DNA from: Flectonema sp. DT1601
Lineage: Eukaryota
DNA: 64,000 bases
Direction of reading: 5' to 3'
Assembly: GCA_964019425.1 (NCBI GenBank)
Contig: OZ025783.1
Location: 1,488,001-1,552,000, forward strand
The stretch's first letter is position 1; each line of letters starts with the position of its first letter. Made by a program: the position numbers and the translations under genes. A model generated the notes under the pieces. That model did not search any database and was not told the DNA's origin. It saw only the letters and a program-made list of their open reading frames with translations. This document shows positions 24,710 through 34,021 of the stretch, one piece after another.

Positions 24710-27700
24710 ATGAAAGGAAATAATACTTGGAGACCTTATGGTAATCAATATAGAGGTTTGAGGAGACATACGGAACACCAAAAGGGAAATCCTCGCGTGA
24801 AAATAAAGAAAGAATCGATTCCAAACAATAAAACTCATCGTTATTCTACTCCTGCTTCAAATGATAAGACACCAGAAGATGAATTTATTGATATCAACAG
24901 AGCAAAGCAGCTTCTTGCTGATGGAAGACCTGCAGATGCGCTGTTGGTTTATTTATCACTTTTAGCTGCAGGTAGCAGGTCGGGTTTCATGTCGAGATGG
25001 TCAGCAATAACAGTTCACATCAATTGTGGATGTCTGTTGGTGAGAGACTCTCAATACACGAGGGCGGTTAAGGTATTTCATGCGGGATTTCAATTTATAC
25101 ACTTCCCCAACACGAAATCCCAAATTCAAAACTTATGTATTGAACACGAAAAGCAACTACGAACCTGCACAATTCACAATATGGTAATCGCTTTAATAAT
25201 GAACGGGTCGTTGTCTCATGCTAAGAAATGGCTTCTTCAACCGGAAGTTACGGATCATCACCTCTCAGCAACTCTGCTTCGGAAAATTGAAACTCGTACG
25301 CTATCACCTAATACGATACTACCAGAGACTTTACTTAGTAGTTTACACGTTATGAATGGTCAGCGTTCTATTGATGTTTATTTAATGTCTGAGTGTCAAC
25401 AGTTACGTCGTTCTTCTATCAGACCACAAGCAGCTAGCAACCAACCAGTGATGTCAACCCTTACTTCCAACGGACAAAGAACTGCAGGTTTTCCTCAACA
25501 GTCTACTCTCAGCCAACAATCATGTGCTACGACTGAAGTTTTAGAATCACTTAAAAGTTGGTTTGTACAGCAACCTGCCCCACCTATAGGTTCCAGACCT
25601 CAAACTGCAAGGAACACAATAAAATTAAAGCCTTCAATAAAGAGAGCTCACAGCGTCAATGCTGACAACCATCTAAAAGAAGTCTTAAGAAGGACAGGAG
25701 GATGTTTACCAACTGATACTTCAGAAAGATCTCAAGCAAGTGATGATTTGTTAACTATGAAACCTCCTGCAGACGGAATTCTACCAACACGTCCACAGAC
25801 AGCTAAGATAGCTCTACAACAGCAGCAGTCATCACAAATATCCTCATCAGGTGGATTTGGTAGACCTCATACAGCTGGTACAAAAAGACTCAGTAGTACA
25901 GAAGTCAACTGTACACCTGAACTTGAACTCCAACAGCAATTAGAAGAATCAAATAACCAGTCGTCTGGAGTTGTTGTAAAGCAACAATACAGTCAGCCAC
26001 CTCTAATCCCATCGAATGATAAAATAAGAAAGTCATCTACTTCTGGTGATAATCAAGGTAAATCTTATCCATTTAGTGGAAGACCTCACACTGCAGGTAA
26101 TGCGAGTCGAGTGACCATCCACAGTAATGGAGTGCGTGAGGATCCGTTTTCAACAACAGAAACTGAAGGCAAGTACCCAGAACAGCAGGTAGTTGTTCCG
26201 AAAACAGCATCCCACAAACAAGAACATCAACAGCTACCACAAGGCAGCCAACAATTAAGTGTAGGAAGGCCACGCACTGCAGGAAGCCAATTCCGATCAG
26301 CTAAACCACCAGCAGACTCAAATAGTGGAAGTAGTCAACCACCAATTAGTAATTTAAAGAGACCACTTACTGCAGTTTTTGAAAACAGCGGCAATCATAA
26401 CAACAACGAGAGTTACTTTAGTAAAGTAGCTGACTGGACTTCAGGGGATGTCCCTACCAGTCCTACGAGTCCAGTTCCTTCAACGCAGAAAGTGTGTAAA
26501 CAACCTTCTTCTGAATTGAGAAGTAATTCTAAAGTAATAGATAATGATTGGAATGGCAGAGCTATTCTAAGAAACAGCGCACCGAATGCGGTTGTTCCAT
26601 TTTATGGAGGAGCATCTCCACCGAGAGCTCGTTCACAAGGATCAGTTCAGTATTCATATTCATATTCCTGGGTTGCTAATGTTGCATCCACTGCTGGTTC
26701 GTTACAAACCTACTCATGTGTTGCTGTTGATATTACCACGACACAGATTGGAGTTGGAAAGTATCATATTATTTCTTATAAAAACAAACGATTCTTAGCT
26801 CAAGGATTCGCAGTACCAACAGACCAATACCATCAAAATGATGCACAGGCTCTACGATCAGGTCTCAACAACGCATCAAAAATGAAAGGACCACACATTG
26901 CAAAACTGAGTTGTGTTTTATACGTGACGGACACTACAACTGCTTGGCTCTGTTATAAAGGATTAGAGAACAGTAGAATCCCTCTGAGTGAAATAATATC
27001 AAAGAATGTAGACATTGATCCCCGTGACGTGGTAGGCTTTATTAGAGAAATGCTATTAGCGGTTGCGTCTGTGAGTGTTAGTTCTCCATTTGGGTATTTT
27101 AATAACGGGATCGGACTTGATAATATATTTTGTGAACCGTCATCGACCATGTTGTTTAAAAATCCTGTTATATGTGGATGTGAAATGTGGTCTTGTTCTG
27201 CTGTACCTCCACAACCTGGACCATCCAGGGATACCCGCGCCGTTGGTGTTCTGGTTTCGAAATTTCATCCAATTTCAAAAGAGAGTAGTATCACTGTGAG
27301 TACACCTTCATCTGTATCAGCTGCATCATGGTTGCTCTCACCTCTTTATAAAAGTTTATCATCAGGGATGTCAGCTCAGCAATTACTTGGATCAAATACA
27401 AAAGTCTGGAGAGACCTCAGTAATTGGTTACGATTCCATAATATGATTATTGATGGGTATCAGAAAATTGACTTATTTCGTGGATATCTATCGCAACTAA
27501 CAAGAGACAGAACAGATTATCATATCATCGTGAGAAGGACTTTCGTATATGAAGATGTTGCTGAAGCTTTTAAAGCTATGGAGTCATCAGATTTTGTTTC
27601 AGTTTTAAATGTTAGTTTTGTCGGAGAATCTGCTGTTGATTTTGGAGGACTCGCTAATGAAATGTTCGTTGAATTTCTTCAAAGTGTTCTTCTTAAGTAT

Positions 27701-28582
27701 TTTGAACCAATAAGTGGACCTAATGACACTACATGTTATTTACCATTACCCACTGCCTCAACAACTTCAATGAGAACTCTTGGAATGGTGTTGTTAAAGT
27801 GTTTAATTGATAAGCGTTGTCTTTATCTTCCGTTTCCTCCGATTCTTTTTAAATTTTTATTGGATTCAAATGATGATGTTAATCAAAAAACATCTGAGTT
27901 TCCGGTATCTGCTGATGATTGGTTGTCAGAAATGAGTCACTGTGATACTAAAGCTTATGTATCTATGACCTCCGCCCTCCAACAAGCCTCTTCTAAAGCT
28001 TCATCGGATCGTACTGAGTACATAAAAAGCCTTGATCTGTTCGAGAATGATGGTGATCAAGTCACGTCACTTGAATCACTCAAACTGTACATACAAAATG
28101 TCTGTATTTCTCGATTAGTTGGGTGTCGAAGAAAGCAATTAGCTGCAATAAAAGAAGGTTTTCGATATTTTGATCTATCCTCAGGAACAATATACCCTCT
28201 CTTAATGTACCGAGACTTAGTCTTACTACTCTGTGGAGAAGATACCCTAGACGGAGACTGTGTTATTAATAATATTGATTTTCGAAATTGGTCGAAGTCA
28301 GAGAGCACTCCGTATTTCCTCTGTTCTCTGTTAAGGCAGTTGAGCGTAACAGATTTGAGATCGTTTCTTAGATTGTGTATGGGATCTTCATCTCTTCCTC
28401 ATGGTGGATTAGCAAAGAAGATCGGAATATTCAAATCGGATAGGCTGTATGCTCATACCTGTTTTCATCAGTTATCGTTACCTGAATTCCCTTCTGTGGA
28501 GGAGTTGCATTCCGCTCTTAAGATTGCATTTCAAACATTACGCGATGCACCTGCTCTAGAGGACGATGATATTGGAGAGTAA
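24710..28582 (+). CDS. HECT-domain E3 ubiquitin ligase with an N-terminal TPR-like region, RPxTA repeats and a degenerate kinase-like region
   Basis: IIVRRTFVYED, VSFVGESAVDFGGLANEMF and C-terminal AHTCFHQLSLPEF (catalytic Cys). Confidence 0.88.
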   Translation: MKGNNTWRPYGNQYRGLRRHTEHQKGNPRVKIKKESIPNNKTHRYSTPASNDKTPEDEFIDINRAKQLLADGRPADALLVYLSLLAAGSRSGFMSRWSAITVHINCGCLLVRDSQYTRAVKVFHAGFQFIHFPNTKSQIQNLCIEHEKQLRTCTIHNMVIALIMNGSLSHAKKWLLQPEVTDHHLSATLLRKIETRTLSPNTILPETLLSSLHVMNGQRSIDVYLMSECQQLRRSSIRPQAASNQPVMSTLTSNGQRTAGFPQQSTLSQQSCATTEVLESLKSWFVQQPAPPIGSRPQTARNTIKLKPSIKRAHSVNADNHLKEVLRRTGGCLPTDTSERSQASDDLLTMKPPADGILPTRPQTAKIALQQQQSSQISSSGGFGRPHTAGTKRLSSTEVNCTPELELQQQLEESNNQSSGVVVKQQYSQPPLIPSNDKIRKSSTSGDNQGKSYPFSGRPHTAGNASRVTIHSNGVREDPFSTTETEGKYPEQQVVVPKTASHKQEHQQLPQGSQQLSVGRPRTAGSQFRSAKPPADSNSGSSQPPISNLKRPLTAVFENSGNHNNNESYFSKVADWTSGDVPTSPTSPVPSTQKVCKQPSSELRSNSKVIDNDWNGRAILRNSAPNAVVPFYGGASPPRARSQGSVQYSYSYSWVANVASTAGSLQTYSCVAVDITTTQIGVGKYHIISYKNKRFLAQGFAVPTDQYHQNDAQALRSGLNNASKMKGPHIAKLSCVLYVTDTTTAWLCYKGLENSRIPLSEIISKNVDIDPRDVVGFIREMLLAVASVSVSSPFGYFNNGIGLDNIFCEPSSTMLFKNPVICGCEMWSCSAVPPQPGPSRDTRAVGVLVSKFHPISKESSITVSTPSSVSAASWLLSPLYKSLSSGMSAQQLLGSNTKVWRDLSNWLRFHNMIIDGYQKIDLFRGYLSQLTRDRTDYHIIVRRTFVYEDVAEAFKAMESSDFVSVLNVSFVGESAVDFGGLANEMFVEFLQSVLLKYFEPISGPNDTTCYLPLPTASTTSMRTLGMVLLKCLIDKRCLYLPFPPILFKFLLDSNDDVNQKTSEFPVSADDWLSEMSHCDTKAYVSMTSALQQASSKASSDRTEYIKSLDLFENDGDQVTSLESLKLYIQNVCISRLVGCRRKQLAAIKEGFRYFDLSSGTIYPLLMYRDLVLLLCGEDTLDGDCVINNIDFRNWSKSESTPYFLCSLLRQLSVTDLRSFLRLCMGSSSLPHGGLAKKIGIFKSDRLYAHTCFHQLSLPEFPSVEELHSALKIAFQTLRDAPALEDDDIGE

Positions 28583-28949
28583 ATTTACTTCTCTATATCA
28601 AATGGTTGTGTGTTATGGTTTAGAATTACACTGAGAAATTGTTTGTTTCTTCCGAAACAAATTACCATTTCTGGTTAACATAATAATAATTAAAAGAAAA
28701 TTTAACCCTTTGTTACTTAGCATTCCTACGTAGAATTTTTGCAGCTCTTTTTTACCAGTTTCTGCTGGTTGATTCAGAGGAGGCAAAAAATCTAAAAATA
28801 AAAGTCCAAGAACCCTTTTAATTTTTCGTTTTTTCTCAGGAAGGTATCATCTTGCAGTGGGTTATGTGTTGAGTAGGGTTGAATGCGAGTAATTATTCTT
28901 TTTGTACAATTCAGTTGCAGGTTCCAATTTCATTTAGCCGAAGAGACAA

Positions 28950-29335
28950 CAAATATGACTGGGAGCTCTATTGGATAACACATTCCTCAACTGTACGCAT
29001 TCCCTCTGTGGTCGTACTGAGGTCTGGCGATACCTCAACTGCGTTGAACTTTGTGGCGACACTAAAGACCATCCTGTTAAACATGTTTTCAAGACCTCGA
29101 GTGATACTTGTGTCACTTCTTTCAGAAGGATCATCCATCCCACGAACTGCCTTGTGCGACGACTGGTGACGGCCAACCTGGAAAGCTTCAGACCTGTTGA
29201 GTTGTGTTGCAACACACGACGATGCAAACTTGGAGAAGGGTGTCTTGAAAACATGCTTTGATACGACAGGGGAGATCAACTGTTCACGCGACTGAGAGGA
29301 GCCACTTGTGATGAATTACAACCACATCTTAACAC
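28950..29335 (+). ncRNA. Candidate structured non-coding RNA, copy 1 (family not identified, boundaries approximate)
   Basis: Perfect 14-bp stem 29082-29095/29242-29255 plus several nested helices. About 50% GC in an AT-rich intergenic context, with no credible ORF. Confidence 0.6.
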
Positions 29336-29378
29336 CTTCTCTTAATATAGCAACTCATACTCGACAATACCAACAACA

Positions 29379-29783
29379 ATGGGAAAGTTCCTCAAGACTG
29401 GTAAAGTGTGTCTGATGCTTCAGGGAAGGTTTGCAGGAAGGAAGGCAGTCATCATTCAGAACACTGACTCAAAGTCAAAGACAAGAGCTTACGGACATTC
29501 ACTTGTAGCAGGTATCGATAAGTATCCTTTGAAAATCAACAAATCGATGAACAAGAAGAGAATGGCGTTCAGATCCAGAGTTCGCCCTTTTTTGAAGATT
29601 GTGAACCACAACCACCTGATGCCCACCAGATACAATCTTGACCTTCCAGCATCTGACAGGAAGGTGATTGATGTGACTGAGGCAGCGAAGAAGGCGGAGT
29701 CGAAGAAAGTAATTCGGAAATTATTTAGAGAAAGATACACAGCAGGTAAGAACAAATGGTTCTTCCAGAAGCTGAGATTCTAG
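29379..29783 (+). CDS. RPL27: 60S ribosomal protein L27 (eL27), copy 1
   Basis: MGKFLKTGKV...GRFAGRKAVI...NHNHLMPTRY...GKNKWFFQKLRF. Confidence 0.98.
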   Translation: MGKFLKTGKVCLMLQGRFAGRKAVIIQNTDSKSKTRAYGHSLVAGIDKYPLKINKSMNKKRMAFRSRVRPFLKIVNHNHLMPTRYNLDLPASDRKVIDVTEAAKKAESKKVIRKLFRERYTAGKNKWFFQKLRF

Positions 29784-30045
29784 AAAGCCAGATCATTGTA
29801 AAAGTCAAGTAGTGTTACTCAACGGATCAGTAGTGTCAGAAAGAAAAAACGAAGAACTCGTCTAGATGGGCCGCCCATACCGAAATCAAAAGAAATTAAC
29901 AGAATACTATTTCGTACCTCCATTGGAGGCCATACTTTTATTACAAGTCGTGTTCATTACTGTGAGGCATCTTTAACCCCCCTTGTTGGCAGGTTGACTG
30001 GAGCTGCGGTTTCCTTTAATTTGTATTACGAATACCAACACACAA

Positions 30046-30431
30046 CAAATATGACTGGGAGCTCTATTGGATAACACATTCCTCAACTGTACGCATTCCC
30101 TCTGTGGTCGTACTGAGGTCTGGCGATACCTCAACTGCGTTGAACTTTGTGGCGACACTAAAGACCATCCTGTTAAACATGTTTTCAGGACCTCGAGTGA
30201 TACTTGTGTCACTTCTTTCAGAAGGATCATCCATCCCACGAACTGCCTTGTGCGACGACTGGTGACGGCTAACCTGGAAAGCTTCAGACCTGTTGAGTTG
30301 TGTTGCAACACACGACGATGCAAACTTGGAGAAGGGTGTCTTGAAAACATGCTTTGATACGACAGGGGAGATCAACTGTTCACGCGACTGAGAGGAGCCA
30401 CTTGTGATGAATTACAACCACATCTTAACAC
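30046..30431 (+). ncRNA. Candidate structured non-coding RNA, copy 2
   Basis: Same as copy 1 except A>G at 30188 and C>T at 30270, both giving G-U pairs in predicted stems. Confidence 0.6.
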
Positions 30432-30483
30432 CTTTTGTTTTTTCTCTTAATATAGCAACTCATACTCGACAATACCAACAACA

Positions 30484-30888
30484 ATGGGAAAGTTCCTCAA
30501 GACTGGTAAAGTGTGTCTGATGCTTCAGGGAAGGTTTGCAGGAAGGAAGGCAGTCATCATTCAGAACACTGACTCAAAGTCAAAGACAAGAGCTTACGGA
30601 CATTCACTTGTAGCAGGTATCGATAAGTATCCTTTGAAAATCAACAAATCGATGAACAAGAAGAGAATGGCGTTCAGATCCAGAGTTCGCCCTTTTTTGA
30701 AGATTGTGAACCACAACCACCTGATGCCCACCAGATACAATCTTGACCTTCCAGCAACTGACAGGAAGGTGATTGATGTGACTGAGGCAGCGAAGAAGGC
30801 GGAGTCGAAGAAAGTAATTCGGAAATTATTTAGAGAAAGATACACAGCAGGTAAGAACAAATGGTTCTTCCAGAAGCTGAGATTCTAG
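30484..30888 (+). CDS. RPL27: 60S ribosomal protein L27 (eL27), copy 2
   Basis: Identical to copy 1 except Ser>Thr (TCT at 29652 vs ACT at 30757). Confidence 0.98.
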   Translation: MGKFLKTGKVCLMLQGRFAGRKAVIIQNTDSKSKTRAYGHSLVAGIDKYPLKINKSMNKKRMAFRSRVRPFLKIVNHNHLMPTRYNLDLPATDRKVIDVTEAAKKAESKKVIRKLFRERYTAGKNKWFFQKLRF

Positions 30889-31142
30889 AAAATAAAAAAC
30901 TAAATATCAAAAATACATATCTGCCATCCGTATTTGAGAAAAGGAGATCAAATAAAAAAGAAATAGTGTGACGTGAATACAGTGCTTTGGGTTCCCTGTT
31001 CTCAGTTACTTCCTTACAGCTATTGATATAATGAAAAGTTAGTTTTGTGAGGTTAGATCTACCAGTTTCTTGTTGTTAATACAGAGGTGAATAATTCTCT
31101 TTTAACAGGTTGTTACATACCTCTACACCCCTAACAAAAAAA

Positions 31143-32588
31143 ATGACTCTAGCAGCTTCCTCAGCGCTTAACCCGAAGGCTGTTGAATTCAAGCCTGCAG
31201 CCATGAAGCTGAATCCAAACGCAACTCCATTTGGAGGTGCCGTAAAGAAGAGAATTCCAACCCCGCCAGCAGCAACAATCGCTGCGACAACAACACCTCA
31301 GCATACAACTATTGCTGGAAAGGCTGTTGAACACAAAGTGTTTGTAAGCACTCCGTGGTACTCAAAAGGTATTGACAAGAGTGCTGTTCAATTGAGTGGA
31401 GAGATTGAGGCTTTTCATGAATTTGTTAAACTCGATCAAACAGAAGCTAGAGACAGATCTGATACTTGTGATGTTATTCAGTCGATGACTAAATTGAAAT
31501 GGCCACAATCAACAATGGTTAGATACGGATCTTTTGCTGTTGGAACATCAGCTCCAAACAGCGCAGTTGATGTAATGATTGACAACTGTAACGTTGAGTT
31601 AGCATCCGTTGACGTCAGAGAAGCATTCAAACCCCTAGGTGTTATCCGTTCATTAATGTGTAATGGTGGAACAGCATTCGCTCAGATTGAGTCTCCTGCA
31701 GGAGTCCTAGTCAACATCTCACTTCACAAAGAACATGGATCGGATGCTGCTAGGAAGTCAGTTGCTATCTGTAACCATTGGATAAGTCAATTCCCATCTA
31801 TCATTAAACCTGTCTTATCAGTTCTTCGTCAAATCATGACTCAAACTGGAAACCTTGAAGTATCAACTGGAGGTCTTTCTGCATACGCTTTACTCATCAT
31901 GATCATTTATGTTACAAAGACTTTTCGTCCAATGTCGTGTGGTTCATTGCTGCTTCAGTTTTGTAGATTTTACGGAAAGGATTTTAATTTCAATGATTTC
32001 TCAGTTGACCTGACCTTAGGAGCCGTTGCAAAGGTTCACCAGATGGAATTAATCTCAATAGTAGACCCTTCAGAGAAGACTGGAAATATTGCTTCAGGAT
32101 GTACCAGAGCTTTTCAAGTTCAAGTGCAACTTCAGCATTGCTACAGTGCGCTTCTCAGATGGGAAACCAGAGATGCTGGTGACAATCGTGGATACAAGGG
32201 TAGAACTCCACTCTCTGGTGTGATCAGCCATCAAAAATTGTGGGCACGTTCTGAGTACCTGCAGGAAATTGAGAAGAAGGTTGCTAAGGCTGCGGCATCA
32301 ACACCGAAGTCAAAATTTACTCTTGAAGAGATCGATGCATTGATGTCTGAGAAGAATGAATCGTTGTCGTACTTTGATATATTTGGTGATTGCTGTACTT
32401 CAAATGGATTGAGTGAATCTCCGTCATCACTTTCATTTGGTGTTGGATTTGGAACTAACTCACAACAGCCAGGAGCTGCATGGAGCAGTGCTGGAAGCAA
32501 TGATTCTTTTGATTCGGTCCATGAAAGCGAAGAACTTCTTCGCAGCATTGACCAAGCAATTGCAAATGATCTTATGTTCGATGTCTAA
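31143..32588 (+). CDS. Trf4/5 (TENT4/PAPD5)-like non-canonical nucleotidyltransferase with two PAM2 motifs, probably catalytically degenerate
   Basis: LNPKAVEFKP and LNPNATPF (PAM2). LSGEIEAF, YGSFAVG, TGGLSAYALLIMII, LLLQFCRFYG and ISIVDP..NIA (PAP-associated domain). ATG at 31143 follows a ttctcttttaacag acceptor. Confidence 0.85.
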   Translation: MTLAASSALNPKAVEFKPAAMKLNPNATPFGGAVKKRIPTPPAATIAATTTPQHTTIAGKAVEHKVFVSTPWYSKGIDKSAVQLSGEIEAFHEFVKLDQTEARDRSDTCDVIQSMTKLKWPQSTMVRYGSFAVGTSAPNSAVDVMIDNCNVELASVDVREAFKPLGVIRSLMCNGGTAFAQIESPAGVLVNISLHKEHGSDAARKSVAICNHWISQFPSIIKPVLSVLRQIMTQTGNLEVSTGGLSAYALLIMIIYVTKTFRPMSCGSLLLQFCRFYGKDFNFNDFSVDLTLGAVAKVHQMELISIVDPSEKTGNIASGCTRAFQVQVQLQHCYSALLRWETRDAGDNRGYKGRTPLSGVISHQKLWARSEYLQEIEKKVAKAAASTPKSKFTLEEIDALMSEKNESLSYFDIFGDCCTSNGLSESPSSLSFGVGFGTNSQQPGAAWSSAGSNDSFDSVHESEELLRSIDQAIANDLMFDV

Positions 32589-33985
32589 ATGGATATTATT
32601 ATAGCTTCTCCTGATATTTAAAAAGCTATCTTTTTCTATTTTTATGTACTAGCTCTGAACAGTCTAACCGGATATAACAAAAACAAAACAAATTAATGTT
32701 CTTACCACGAATTTAGATAGGAGTTCATTCTTACTTCTTTTTTTTTTTTTTTTAAAAAAAATTCTAATTTTTTTTTTTTTTTTTTTTTGGTCAGCCTCCT
32801 TGTGACCTTTGTAGGATATTATTTTTTTTTTTCTAACCACAACTGTGTCAGCAGAAAGATCTTGCACAATGTTTTTTTTTTTTTTTTTTTTTTTCCCTTC
32901 TTTATGTGTATATTGAATTTGCCTAACATGTCAAGTTCTTTCTTTTGGCCGTTAATTCTCCATATTTCTGCTCTTAGAGACGTGCTTTGTGAGGGTGTCA
33001 GAGAACCGTTCAGGTTGCGTTTTTCTATAATTAGTACTCTCCCTTTTTCATTGGAGATATCTCTTCTGGTGGCTCCGTCGTGATTTTTTTTGTCGAAGGA
33101 GAGTCCCGTTCGTTCTTGCGTCTATATATAATTCATCACAGTCCATTCGGAAAATGTTTTTTTCGTCTGCTGAGCTTGTTCGCTATCAACTTTATTCTTC
33201 GCGAACTTCAGATTTTTTTTTTTTTTTTTTTAAAACCAATCAGCCAGACAGCTACTTTACAAGTGTAAAACCGCAAGCTAAAAGAGTCCAGAAAGACTCA
33301 TTAGGATAGTGGTAGCAATTGCACCATTAACGCTATTTCGAGTGTTGTCACTTGAGTCTGGTAGATGCTTTTGAGCTTAAAAAATAATTTTTCTATCTTT
33401 CCTTTTTTTATGTGTGCCCGCCCCCCTCCTACCGTACTGCAGTCATTGCTTGGGGAGAGTTGGTTTAATTTGGAGCACAAGTAGTTAGGTCTTGTGTTTC
33501 TTGTGGCTTCACACTTTTTTTTATTGCGTTATATATACATATATTAGAGTTGTTACGAATAGTAATCTTTTTTTTATTTATTTATAGAAAAATTTCATTT
33601 TTTTTTTTTTTTTAAAAAAAACTTCGTGACACTTACTTAAGTCACAGGTATTGGTAGACAGACTTAGTAGCATCTGTCTACATAAAGTAGTTAATTATAT
33701 TACAATCACTATGTTGTTTTGTTCTTTCTTAAACAAGATATTGTATACCTTATCAATCATTATTTAATTTTTTTTTTTGAATTTTTTTTTTTTTTTCCCG
33801 AGTTTGAAATCCCGGCACACCACCATCATACACTCCACATGTTTTATTTTATTTTTTTTATTGTTGTTGTTGTTACAATCTTGTTACAAAACAATTCATA
33901 AGTACAAAGTGATGGTCCACTTGCTTATGTTATTCGAGAAACCGCAATCTGCCATGTGACCTGATCGCATGAAAGTTGCACACAC

Positions 33986-34021
<36 letters not shown>

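Larger units (their letters stand above)
28946..30891 (+). repeat. Near-identical tandem duplication (28946-29786 and 30042-30891) of a non-coding element plus RPL27
   Basis: By eye the copies differ by 3 substitutions and a 9-nt indel in the pyrimidine tract. A unique spacer lies at 29787-30041. Confidence 0.95.

Noticed and set aside
28879..30375. Overlapping 96-125 aa ORFs on both strands in the duplicated upstream block
   Set aside because: Mostly non-ATG starts, no recognisable homology, mutually overlapping. They are better explained as by-products of a GC-balanced structured RNA.
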